Source: the human T2T-CHM13v2.0 reference genome, Homo sapiens. Taken from it: a DNA stretch of 64,000 bases. Shown here one piece after another: positions 1-11,125 of this stretch. The DNA lies in assembly GCF_009914755.1 (NCBI RefSeq), contig NC_060930.1. One strand, given 5' to 3'. The position numbers were made by a program, and so were the translations under genes. The notes under the pieces were generated by a model. The model was given only the letters and a program-made list of their open reading frames with translations. It searched no databases and was not told the DNA's origin. Position 1 is the stretch's first letter. The number at the start of each line of letters is the position of its first letter.

Positions 1-1690
1 CTGTTTCAGCTAATTTTTGTCTGTTGTGAGCATTTTCTTTCCTTAAATCGTCGAGGTTTCTTTCAGCAGCCCAAGCTGCCAACCAGTTATGATGTGCCTT
101 TTTCTCATGGGAAATAATCTTCCTTTGATAAAAATGAATATTTCTGTCAAATTTGTCAAGATCTTTGGCTCGCTGTCTGTAGGTCTCCAGCTCTTTAGTG
201 GCATGGCTGCTCATTTAGTCTACTTTAGAAAGTTTCTCTTCTTTCTCTAACCGGCTATTTTCCTCTACTATTAATTTCCTGTAGAGTTTCATTTCATTTT
301 CTTTATATAATTCAGTCATTACTTTAAGTTTCTGTTGAAGCTTCTGATTCTCACTTTCAAAATGTGTGTTTTCTAACTGCAAAGATGCTTGTTCAGTCTG
401 AAGATTTTTAATATGCTCTGTAAGCTCTTCCTTTGTTTTATCAACTTCAGATAACTGAATATAAATTTGGTTTCTTTCTCCTTCTAAGGTTTCAAAGAAG
501 CATTTAACTTAGCGGCAGGAATCAGCTTCTTCAAAGCTCCTTTGGAGGGATCATCTGAGTGAGCACCATCTTCCGATTCACTGTTCACTTCTAAGTTACC
601 ATCATCCGTTGTGTCTTCTCCAAGCCTCGCAGCCCAATCTTTCATCTTTAGCAAACGTTCGGTCAGAGTCTCGATGCGATTTTCTTTATCACTTAGAACT
701 TGTTCTGTGTGTACTTTGGAGTCTTCAAATGTTCTTTTCTGTTTATTAAGTTCACTCACTTCTTCTTTCCATACTTCAGCTTCTTGCAAAAGCTGTTTCT
801 GGTTTTCCTGAAGTTGAGAATTTTCATTCAAAGCATCTTCTATTGTTATCTTCAGTTGTTCTCCGTTCATGTGAAATGTCTTGAAAGTCATTTTGCCTTT
901 AGCTATTTGTGATTTGAGGGATTTTGACGCATCTTCCAGCAACTGTATCCTTTTGGAAATATCTGCTATCAGTTCATCTCTTTCAGAATGTTTAGATTTC
1001 TCTTCTTTTAACTCTTTTTCTAGACAGAGTATTTCATGCTCAAGCTCAGAATTTGACCTGTTCAGCTTTTCACAGGTTGCCTGCAAACTTTGTGCTTCTG
1101 CTGCCGCCTTCTCAAAGCTGGCATCCTCTAACGATGACGCTACTTCATAGCCTTCATACGCTTTTTGAACGAGGCTAAATTTTTCAAGTAGTTTACATTT
1201 TTCTTCAATTAGTCCAGAAAGCGCTACAGCAAGTTTTTTCTCTCTTCCCACATAAAGCCGACTCCTAACAGATCTAAAACTTCTCCACAAAAAAAAGGGA
1301 ACAGCAAAAAATCCAACAGCAGCTGCATGTATCACCAATTCCCATGGAAAACCGTAAGGATGAGAATCCGGTCTCATACCGTCAGGCAGTGCTGCCACAA
1401 CCCTGCGTCGCAACTCCAGGATCAGCCCCAAGCACGGCTGAGGGGTAGCCCTAGGGTCCTCCGTAGCGCCAAGGCTGCTCTGGCGGTTGCTGCAGTAACC
1501 CCAGCCACAACAAGTCGTGGACAACACGCAGCATTCCATCTGGAACCCAGATCCCCACCGGGCAAGCGGAGCGAACCACTGCGGAGCCAGCTGCGGGGGG
1601 AGTGGGGGAACGTGGGCACCCACAGGCCTCACAGGCCCACGTTGCCCACCCCGGCCCCCTTGTTACGCTTTACATCCTGAGGCAGCACTA
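1..1690 (-). pseudogene. CTAGE13P: CTAGE-family processed pseudogene (retrocopy of cTAGE5/MIA2 mRNA); continues beyond the left edge
   Basis: Intronless translation matches cTAGE5 (…[18 protein letters not shown]…REKKLA…[18 protein letters not shown]). Lesions: parental start ATG is ACG (1464-1462); a 1-nt deletion near 490 gives TAG at 486-484, while the parental frame ([15 protein letters not shown]…) continues in another frame; in-frame TAA at 217-215. GC-rich 5'UTR-like sequence extends to about 1690. The symbol is from recall of the gene next to DACT2. Confidence 0.9.
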
Positions 1691-1719
1691 AAACCTATAT
1701 TTTCAAACAATACCACAGG

Positions 1720-1922
1720 CAAAGAAAGACTCAGGTGACACAGCGTCCCAGCTATGCCCACCCCCAAGCTGACACCCTAGCTAAATGTAGCCTTGTGCAT
1801 GAGCCCAGGTGAGGCCAGCAGAAGAACCTCCCAGCTGACAGAATGATAAAGAATAACAAATCACCATTTTAAGGCACTAAGCTTTGGGGTCATTTGTTAT
1901 GCAGCAGTAGCTAACTGAAACA
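1720..1922 (+). mobile_element. MLT1-type MaLR LTR fragment
   Basis: 3' end TTTAAGGCACTAAGCTTTGGGGTCATTTGTTATGCAGCAGTAGCTAACTGAAACA resembles MLT1 LTR termini. Confidence 0.6.
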
Positions 1923-2578
1923 CCTGCCCCCTTATCACTTTGGTGTTTCAGTATCTGTGGTCTGAAATCATTAATTTGGGTGCTTGGCCTTTCTCCCTTG
2001 ACTGCCCACCCCTGCCGAGGGACATTTATTCTTGAAGGCAGAAACTCATGCCTGCTTTATCTCTGGCCGTATTTCAGCAGCTGAGGGGAGAGGATTGCCC
2101 TGTGCCCATAGCCTGAGACCTGATGACACCACTGTGACCTTGAGCATGGATGAATGTCCAAAACCTCTGGCCTTACCACATGCTTGGCCCTGAGAGACTT
2201 CTCAGCACAAACAGTGCCAGGAGATGATGTGACATGGGTGGAGAAGGGAGAGGAGTGCTTATCTGGAAGGAAGGGTCTTAGAAACCCAGTCTGCAGCTGT
2301 GGCTTATGATTCCTCAGGGATAGGAGATTGTCCGCTGGCTGGACTGGGAGCACAACTGTCACTCCTCCCTGGCCACTGTGACCCCATTGCAGCTCTGCAG
2401 ATGCCAGGCTTTGCCCCTCTGTGTTTGCATTAAGCACAAATTGTCCTGACTCAGCAGTGGGGTTTCTGAATCCAGCAACTCACTGATGTTGACCTTTGAA
2501 CTGAGGGGATCAGTGCTGTTTAACCCCAAGAAGGGTCTCAAATGAAGCATTAAAGTTCTCCCCTTTCTATCCAAAGCT

Positions 2579-2622
2579 GATAGATGGATAGATAGATGAT
2601 AGATAGATAGATAGATAGATAG
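2579..2622 (+). repeat. (GATA)n tetranucleotide microsatellite
   Basis: Imperfect run of gata/taga units. Confidence 0.9.
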
Positions 2623-2769
2623 GATAATTTGCTTCCAAGTTTTTCTTTTTCTCCTATTATTTATTTTCTTCTTCATTTTAGTTATAACATGCTTGTTCAT
2701 CTTAACCTAATTTTCACTTCCTATATCCTTGTTTTTGACCATCTGGTAAATCAGCAAATGCCGATTAAA

Positions 2770-3320
2770 GAGCTGATCCAGGGAAGACAGCCATCACTTC
2801 AACAACGATGCCCTCCATGGAGGGCTGATTCTAGGGAAGACTGAGCGATCACTCCAAGAGTGATGCCATCTATGGAGGGCTGATTCTAGGGAAGACTGAG
2901 CGATCACTCCAAGAGCGATGCCATTCATGGAGGGCTGATCCAGGGAAGACTGAGCAAGCAATCACTCCAAGAGCGATGCCATCCATGGAGGGCTGATTCT
3001 AGGGAAGACTGAGCGATCACTCCAAGAGCGATACCATCCATGGAGGGTTGATTCTAGGGAAGACTGAGCGATCACTCCAAGAGCGATGCCATCTATGGAG
3101 GGCTGATTCTAGGGAAGACTGAGCGATCACTCCAAGAGCGATGCCATCCATGGAGGGCTGATTCTAGGGAAGACTGAGCGATCACTCCAAGAGCGATGCC
3201 ATCCATGGAGGGCTGATTCTAGGGAAGACTGAGCGATCACTCCAAGAGCGATGCCATTCATGGAGGGCTGATCCAGGAAAGACTGAACGATCACTCCAAG
3301 AGTGATGCTGTCCATGGAGG
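2770..3320. repeat. VNTR, 55-bp unit, about 10 copies
   Basis: Unit GAGCGATCACTCCAAGAGCGATGCCATCCATGGAGGGCTGATTCTAGGGAAGACT starts at 2843, 2898, 2952, 3011, 3066, 3121, 3176 and 3231, with degenerate end copies. Confidence 0.95.
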
Positions 3321-3399
3321 CAATGAGACAGGATGGAACTAAAGCACAGTGAGTAATAGCACAGGAGGCTGGACAAGGTGTCCATGGATTGACAGCATT

Positions 3400-5770
3400 C
3401 TGTGGTATTTGCATTGCATGAAAGAAGAAAAAAATTGTTATAAATTTAAACTTTCTTAAGACAAATATGTGTGTCAAAATATGTAAAAACAACTCTTGAA
3501 ATAAAATAAATAAAATATATACTTCTCCAACTAGTAGAGAGAATAAAAAGAATTTAAGAAATTACAATCAAACTCACATGGACAAAACAAAGAAAAAGTA
3601 TGATAATGAGCAAACATAAAATAGGTATTAGAAATAAATTTAAATAAATTCAATGATTGTAAATGAATCTAACTAGCTATTAAAGTGTGAGAGAGAGACA
3701 CACTTAAAATACAGTATCACGGAAAGGCTGAATGTAAAGGGATATGAGCAGAGCTAACAGGAAAATACAAAGGCCAAAGAGAGGGCATTATAACAACATG
3801 ACAGGCTGGAGTGAATTTAGAGAAAGAAGCATTATTAGGGGCATAAATCGCCAATGTGTAATGATAAAAAGAGCCATTCAGGGGGAAAAAAAAAAGCACT
3901 TCTAAAGTACAGACCTAACAAGACAGTATTCAACTGTATAAAGCAAAAAAGGATAACAATCAAAGACAAATGCACCAATCTAGAAACATAGCAACATATT
4001 TCACCATACCTGCAAGCAGAGAATAAAAATGTACACACACAGAGGAAGTGAAGGGCTCACTTTTTCATAAATATGGTTGAAACCCTGCCAGCAACAAGCA
4101 CACAGGGAGAATCTCTGAAAACTTACCCCAGGAGATTACAAGGGAAGTCTCAACAAACACAACAACCACAAAACTATAAGAATCATCAGCATCTAGTCTA
4201 GAGTGTTTGACCTCACAATAAATTAGAAAATAATAACAAAAAGACAACTCACCAAAACCCCTTCGGTTTGTAAGTTTACAAAGACCTTTTAAATAATTTA
4301 TGGTCAAATTAGAAAGAATAATGAAAGTACAAAAAAATTACTAATTAATACCAACAAAAACACTCTATACCAAAGTTGTCGGAGCTAGCTAACATGGTAC
4401 TAAGACTGAAAACCCATTAGCTGAGCAAACAATTTGGAAACACAGAATAACTCCAAAGAAAACCAAAAGAAGGGGATAATGAAAGCAAGAGCAGAAATTA
4501 ATGAAATAGAATATGAAGGAAAAATAGAGACATCAGTGCAAATAAGACCTGGTTCTTTAGAAAAACGGGCAATATTAACACACTGCTGGCAAGATCATCT
4601 AAAAAAATAAAGTTAGAAAAAGACAAAAACAATTCCTTTTGTGGAAGGAATAATATTGGTATACCCTGGGCAAGATTGATCAGACGCAGAAAATGGGGAA
4701 AGCAGAAAAAAAAGCAGTGCCACAGATGAAAACGATATAGCTGCATCCGTGGTAATGATGTTTCAAATCTTAAGAGAAATGCATGTGCAACTTTATGTTA
4801 CTAAACTTAAAAATTTAGATGAAATAGAAGATTTCCTAGTAAAGCATACATTTGCAAGCCGACTTGAAAATATAGAGAGAAACTTGGTGAGACTAAAGCA
4901 TTTAAGAGAGTATATGTTCAAAAATTCACAAAAACCCAGAAGGTTATACAATCAGGTCCACAAATTTTGAGTGAACATATGATTCCTGTCTTTTACATAC
5001 CATTTATTGAAATATAAGAAGAAGAAAACCATCACAGCTGCTTTTATGGGCTGGTTTAGCTTTGGGATGAAAACCAGATGTGAGTATTATATGAAAGAAA
5101 TTTCATAGGCCAATTTCTTCTATGAACATAAGATACAATCCTAAAAAAAAATTTACAACCTAATTCTGGCAGTGTCCTAAAAAGACACATTGTAAATAAT
5201 TGAATGTCTGGACTTTGTAAAAAAAATTCGTCTGAGGTCGGGGTGGCCACGTGGGTTTGGTAAATGAGAAGACCGGCCATTAGCTGAGCCTGCTGGAGCT
5301 GTGCCAGGTGCTTTGGAGCTCATCTTCTCCCTAATTATGTTTAAGTACCATTTAAAAGTACAAACAAAAACACCATAACCAAACATTGTTCATCCTATGA
5401 ATGCATGATTGGTTTAGCAATGGACATTTTGTTAATATGATTCATCTTATTAACATAGTGAATGAAAAATATCAATTATCTCAAAAAATATTAAATTTTC
5501 ACATCATTTTGCAATAATATATATGCACGTAAACTGGAACTTTTCCTAGCCTAAAAAGATTAACTTTTCCTTAACTTATGATAACATTGTATTTACCCAA
5601 AATCACAAAAATTATGAAATATAGAAGGGGCTTTAAAAAAAAATAAAAACAAGAAGGAATGCTCACTAACATTCTGTCAACTACTTTTGCTTCCTGGGTG
5701 CTGCTGAACATGGTGCTTATGGCCCCAGCACTTGCAGTCATGCTAGAAAAACACACAGAAAGTAGAAGGA
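3400..5770 (+). mobile_element. Old L1 (L1M) ORF2-region fragments
   Basis: A-rich, degenerate L1-like segments, e.g. GACCTGGTTCTTTAGAAAAA and AAAAATTTAGATGAAATAGAAGATTTCCTAG. Boundaries are approximate. Confidence 0.55.
5003..5008 (-). promoter_or_regulatory. DACT2: Candidate poly(A) signal of the distal DACT2 terminal exon
   Basis: AATAAA on the minus strand about 1.05 kb downstream of the TGA at 6052-6050. Confidence 0.5.
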
Positions 5771-6049
5771 TTGGAATTTCCAGTCTATTTGTTAGGGAGA
5801 AACCATTCTCTCTTACGTCCATTACTCCCTCACTTCAACTTTCCACGTAAAGGAAATTCCACTGACCAGCAGTCCTTTCTGGACACTTCTCTGCAGCTCC
5901 CACTGGCTCACTGTGGGGAAAGCAGAGTGACTTGGCGGGCAGAGGGGGGCCGATGATATCGGGAGAAGAAGCTGGGCCTGTGGCCAGGACCCGACTTCCA
6001 GCCTGTGACTGGTCAGTCAATGCAGCCCCCAGCTTGGTGTAGTGCTCTG

Positions 6050-6097
6050 TCATTGCTGTCTTGAAATTCCTGATGATTTTGTCTTTGAACTTGTGTT
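6050..6097 (-). CDS. DACT2: DACT2 alternative isoform, last coding exon (NTSSKTKSSGISRQQ*)
   Basis: Acceptor CACTTACAG|AAC, phase 0, in frame with the 65-nt exon; TGA at 6052-6050. Confidence 0.6.
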   Translation of the reverse strand, partial: NTSSKTKSSGISRQQ

Positions 6098-6288
6098 CTG
6101 TAAGTGACGTCCCCAGGGATGACAGAGATTACTTGTGAGTAGAGGAGGTCCATCCAACACGCACGTCTGCTACTGCTCTTTGCCTCCCCGTCCCCACAGA
6201 GCACCCACGATGCCCATGAGCACAGACCCGCGATGGCAGTTGTGCAGCTAGACCCGAAGCACACAGACAGTGAGCATGGAGCACTTAC

Positions 6289-6353
6289 CACTGAGCAGAA
6301 AGGGAGCTGACAGCCACAGAGGCCACACTTTCCTCTCAAACCAGAACCTACAC
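6289..6353 (-). CDS. DACT2: DACT2 alternative isoform, 65-nt exon (GVGSGLRGKCGLCGCQLPFCSV)
   Basis: Acceptor CTTCTCTCTGTGTTAG|GT and donor GTG|GTAAGT; phase 1 in, phase 0 out. Confidence 0.65.
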
Positions 6354-6513
6354 CTAACACAGAGAGAAGGCAATGCCATCCTGAGAAACATGAGTGCCAG
6401 GAGCTCTGTCACATCTGTCCCCGAATGCTTGCCGTTTCACTGGGGCTAGGTGTGAGGACACAGAGGAAGGGGAAGAGGACGGCCACGCTTCTCCCCTCCT
6501 AGTCCTTCCCTAC

Positions 6514-6585
6514 CTGTCAGCGAGCTGGAGGTGCAGCCCGTGGGCGGAGCGTGCACGTGGGGTTCACCTGGAGCATTGCACGGCT
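6514..6585 (-). other. Second copy of the 72-nt cassette exon (EPCNAPGEPHVHAPPTGCTSSSLT)
   Basis: 61/72 nt identical to 6789-6860. Retains an AG acceptor (TAGCAG|) and the CAG|GTAGGG donor; frame is open. Confidence 0.5.
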
Positions 6586-6605
6586 CTGCTAAGAACATCC
6601 TTCCC

Positions 6606-6717
6606 CTGATGCTATCCCTCCCCGCTCCCCCCACCCCACAACAGGCCCCGGTGTGTGATGTTCCCCTTTCTGTGTACCCTAGAACTTAAAGTATAATAAA
6701 ATATGTGTGTGTGTGTA

Positions 6718-6767
<50 letters not shown>

Positions 6768-6770
6768 AAG
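6606..6770 (+). mobile_element. Tiny 5'-inverted (twin-primed) L1PA 3'-end insertion; tail decayed to (TG)n(TA)n
   Basis: 6606-6675 is antisense L1 3'UTR (GCTATCCCTCCCC…GGCCCCGGTGTGTGATGTTCCCC). 6673-6701 is the sense L1 terminus TGTACCCTAGAACTTAAAGTATAATAAAA. Perfect 15-bp TSD AAGAACATCCTTCCC at 6591-6605 and 6771-6785. Confidence 0.9.
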
Positions 6771-6788
6771 AAGAACATCCTTCCCTAC

Positions 6789-6860
6789 CTGTCAGTGAAC
6801 TGGAGGTGCAGCCTGCAGGCGGAGCATGCATGTCAAGTTCACCTGGAGCATTGCACAGCT
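6789..6860 (-). CDS. DACT2: DACT2 alternative isoform, 72-nt exon (ELCNAPGELDMHAPPAGCTSSSLT)
   Basis: Acceptor TTTGCATTTTGTTCTTACCAG|AG and donor CAG|GTAGGG; phase 1-1, compatible with the phase-1 exon 3 donor. Confidence 0.65.
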
Positions 6861-7499
6861 CTGGTAAGAACAAAATGCAAATGTGCGTGAGAGCTACAGA
6901 ACACACCTGCAGCTTCAACGATTCTGCGATTCTGCAGCTTCAATGATTCTGCATGCAACTTAGATTTTATAACACTGGCATGCAGTATAAAGACAAACAA
7001 CAGAATTCATGCCCACAATTTAAAATTTTAATTTTCTATACTTTGAATGACATTAAATAGCAAATACACATCCTGACAAGTTGAGGAAGAAACCGTGGCA
7101 TGAAAAGGAGCTGCTTTATACTCAAGTGCCTTTCACAGCACCGAGTCTTGCTTGTGGAACAAGGGGCTCAGCATCTTCCCTTTGGTGCTGAGTCCCAAGC
7201 ATATGCTGGGGCCCTGGCAGCAGTCCTGCCCCTTCCTCCTCCTCTGCTGTTTGGAGCCACTCCAACTGTTCTCCTGAGCCGCGTGGGCAGCTGAGTGACA
7301 AGGCCCTCACCCCGACAGGATCTTCTGAGGATCAGGTGGGCAAATCTGTGAATTCACAGCTCAATATTGGGTAGCCCACTTTTCCGCAGATATAATACCA
7401 GTATTTTCTCAAATAGAATCGATAGTATAACCTTTGGCTGCTTAAATTTTGACTTTGCTTTTGCTTCAGAACCTGGGTAGGAAAGAGGAGTGTTATTTA

Positions 7500-9330
7500 C
7501 TGGGTTCAAACAGACACTCTGCCTGGTTTGATTGCAGGCACTGAAAATCCCACAGAACCCACAGGCAAATTCCCAAAACTAGTGAGAGGGTTTAATAAGG
7601 CTGCAGGATACAAAATAAACACAGTAACATACATACAGGTACATGCACCTAACTTAAAATTCCAATTTTATTTATTATACAGAAAAGGCATATAGGGATA
7701 CATGTAAGAAAATATGGGCATAATTTTAAGAAAAAAATTTAAAAATTTACTGAGGTGCATAGAATAGAACTAGGTTAACTGACATGAAGACTTGTTATGA
7801 AGATCGTCATAATCTCCCAAGTCAGCCTATAAATATAAATGCAATTCCATTGAAACCCAACAGAGGCTTTTCACTTGACAAGATGATCCTGTGATCCACA
7901 CAGGTATAAAGAACCCAAATGGCCAAGACAGCATGGAAGAAGAAAAGCTGCGATATTTGGCTGAGAGTCGTTATCAAGCCTTATTCAAAAGCTGCAGAGT
8001 TGACTTATTTGTCACTGGAGGATGAAGAAATAAACTGTGAAAGAGAATAGCTGTGTCCCCAGGAGGAGACCTCACGTACGTGATGCCCAGGTAGCCGGAG
8101 CCAGCACAGGCCAGTGGGAAAGAGCAGATCCATCCACAGCGGTGAGGAGATGGTCATGGAGGTCATGGAGGACAGACACCCGGAATCACGGAAAGAGCAG
8201 ATCCATCCACAGCGGTGAGGAGATGGTCATGGAGGACAGGCACCCAGAATCAGGGAAAGAGTGGATCCATCCACAGCGGTGAGGAGATGGTCATGGAGGT
8301 CATGGAGGACAGACACCCGGAATCACGGAAAGAGCAGATCCATCCACAGCGGTGAGGAGATGGTCATGGAGGACAGGCACCCGGAATCAGGGAAAGAGCA
8401 GATCCATCCACAGTGGTGAGAAGATGCTCATGGAGGACAGGCACCCAGAATCAGGGAAAGAGTGGATCCATCCACAGTGGTGAGAAGATGCTCATGGAGG
8501 ACAGGCACCCAGAATCAGGGAAACAGCGGATCCATCCACAGCGGTGAGGAGATGGTCATGGAGGACAGGCACCCGGAATCAGGGAAACAGCGGATCCATC
8601 CACAGCGGTGAGGAGATGGTCATGGAGGTCATGGAGGACAGGCACCCAGAATCAGGGAAAGAGCAGATCCATCCACAGTGGTGAGAAGATGCTCATGGAG
8701 GACAGGCACCCAGAATCAGGGAAAGAGTGGATCCATCCACAGCGGTGAGGAGATGGTCATGGAGGACAAGCACCCGGAATCAGCAGCAGAGCTCTCCTCC
8801 TACACAAGGGCAAGTATCACGGGCACCTCCAGGCAAAAGGCAAAGATGCTAAACTGCTAATAACAATAAGGAATAGCTGTATAATAGCAGACTGCATAGG
8901 AGCTCTACAAATACAACTTTTTAAAACCCACAAATCATAAATGAAAAGATCCCTAAATATGATGACATTGACCCAAAACCCTGCACTCAGCCAAAACACC
9001 ATCAACAAATTTATAGACAAGCCTCAGCTGGGGAAGTGATACTCGCAAAACCTGTAACTTACCACTCACCAAAAACTAGTGTCCACATTTAAGGACTCCT
9101 ACACATCAATGAAAACAATGAGAAAATGGGGGAAAAGGGTATGTAGAGGTTAATTCACAAAGGAAACTAGAAGGCCAAGAAAAATATGAAAATTGTTCAA
9201 CCTCATTATAAACTGAGAAATGCACATAATGAACCCTAATTAAACACCATTTTATATCTGTTTGATTTGGCACCATTACAAAGGCCTGACAATACCATGT
9301 TTTGGAAGTGAGAAAGTTGGAAGTCTTGGG
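7500..9330 (+). mobile_element. Old L1 ORF2/3' fragment interrupted by a VNTR
   Basis: L1-like motifs on both sides of the 8.1-8.8 kb repeat (TTTAATAAGGCTGCAGGATACAAAATAAAC; AATGCAATTCCATTGAAACCC; TGTTCAACCTCATTATAAACTGAGAAATGC). Confidence 0.6.
8117..8783. repeat. VNTR, 64-bp unit (73-bp variant), about 10 copies
   Basis: Unit GGAAAGAGCAGATCCATCCACAGCGGTGAGGAGATGGTCATGGAGGACAGGCACCCAGAATCAG; some copies duplicate the 9-mer GGTCATGGA. Confidence 0.95.
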
Positions 9331-9345
9331 CATGGCAGGTGGGAG

Positions 9346-9836
9346 TGTGGTCAGAAGAACAATGGTCCCCCAGAGATGTCCGCGTCCTAATCCCCAGAAC
9401 TTGTGAATATGTCAGTTGATGTGGCACAGGGGGATGAAGTTTGCCAAGGGAATTAGGTGGCTATCAACTGACCCGAGAGGGGAAACTATCCCCAATTGTC
9501 CGGGTGGACCCAGTGTGATAATCACAGGGGTCCTCATGAGAGGAAGAGGGAAGCATAAGGGAGAAAATAGGAGAGGCACAGCTTGAGAAGGACTCACAGA
9601 TGTTCCCAGCTTTCACAGTGGAAGAGGAGGCCCAGAGCCACTGGCTTCTAGAAGCTGCAAAAGGCAAAGAAACAGCTTCTTCCCTAGAACCTCCGGGAGT
9701 CAGCCCTGCCAACACCTGGAACTCAGCCCAGGGAGAATGATTGTGGACCTCCGCCCTCCAGAATGGTAGGAGGATAAATTTGCTGTGTTTTAAGCCCCCA
9801 AGTCTGTGGTAGTTTGTGACAGATGAAACACATACA
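9346..9836 (+). mobile_element. MLT1C/D-like MaLR LTR
   Basis: TGTGG…CCCCCAGAGATGTCCGCGTCCTAATCCCCAGAACTTGTGAATATGT…CTAGAAGCTGCAAAAGGCAAAGAAACAG…TGTTTTAAGCC…ATACA. Confidence 0.8.
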
Positions 9837-10959
9837 GCTACCTGGGAGAGACATGGGGTATCTATACAGAGAGAGTCTTGCTTGCGTGGACAGAAAGACA
9901 GAGAGATGGATGTTTGCTGCAGCGTTGCTTGAAACGGCAACGTAAGAGTCCATCATTAGAGGAATGGACGGATGAACTTTGGCCTGGTCAGTGGGGCAAT
10001 GGCCCAGTCAAGGGCAGCACGGGGCAGACACGGGCGTGTGGAGGTGTCGGCGCAGCCCGGGTGGGTCCGTGTCCCAGCCCCTGGTGAGGAGTGATTACTC
10101 CTCACACGTCTGTAGGAGAACTTGTGTGAGTGAATGGCACCAAGTCTGGCTTATCAAAGAGCTCAGTAAATATTCTCCTGGTAATTGTCACATATCCTGA
10201 TGTAATATTGAGTGAACACACACATTGGAAAAATGATGACATTTATTCAAAGCATGAAAATGTAAAAGGATGCTTGGCGGTGTTTCAGGTACACGCATGT
10301 ACCTATAAGTATAGGAAAAAATAGGTAAATATAGGCAAACTTAGCAGACATCCGTCCTGACTTCAGAGCTGTGGCTAACTCTGTGATGGAGGGAGAGGCT
10401 TTAGATACAGTTTTTACACATTACTTATTGTTTGAAAATTAACTATTTGAAGGAAATGGAGCAGCATTCTAACTTGCCCCAGATCCATTTGGCGAGGGCA
10501 TGAGGAATGGGTATGTGGTACTTGCATTTGTTTTTTGTTTTAAATACTTCAAAATTTTAAATATGTTTTTGAATAAGAAAAAGGCAATGAACCAATAGAA
10601 ACAGAGAGGCCAAGTACACACCTTTGGGATCCAACTGTATTTAGTGGTGGTATATCATCCTCTCCTGCCACCCTGTTATGCTTTATTTTAACAGCCAAGA
10701 AAGATGCTAAGTGTCATGCTAACGCCAAAATTCAGCTGGGAGGTTAGCATCTTCCCTAATGTAAGATAATTCCATCCATTCCTTCACGTACCTTCATGTA
10801 CATGCAATGACCTAGCGTAGCTACTGTGGAGATTACACGTGAATACATACATAAGCTGTGATCTGTTCAAAGAGGCTTCTGCTCTAGTTGTGAGCTGGGA
10901 CCTTGGGCAACAGATTGGTTTTGGAAATAAGAAGCCTGAGGTTAATTTCAGACACCTCC

Positions 10960-11125
10960 ACGTGCTGGCTGGGTGGGTGCCCTGAGCAAGCCAACTATTC
11001 ATTTCGGCTTTGGTTCTTTTAGCTTTAAAATATAGTGTAGATATAAAATACCCACAATATCTACCTCACAGGATTGTCATGGGCACCAGAAGAAGATTTT
11101 TGTGGAAGTACTTTGTAAATATTAA
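10960..11125 (+). mobile_element. MIR-family SINE fragment
   Basis: TATCTACCTCACAGGATTGTCATGGG…TGTGGAAGTACTTTGTAAA resembles the MIR core and 3' part. Confidence 0.45.

Noticed and set aside
2770-3320. Regular repeats resembling a CRISPR array (also 8117-8783, 28395-28950, 45080-45560, 58604-58808)
   Set aside because: Units are head-to-tail with no unique spacers, there are no cas genes, and the context is primate genomic DNA; these are VNTRs.
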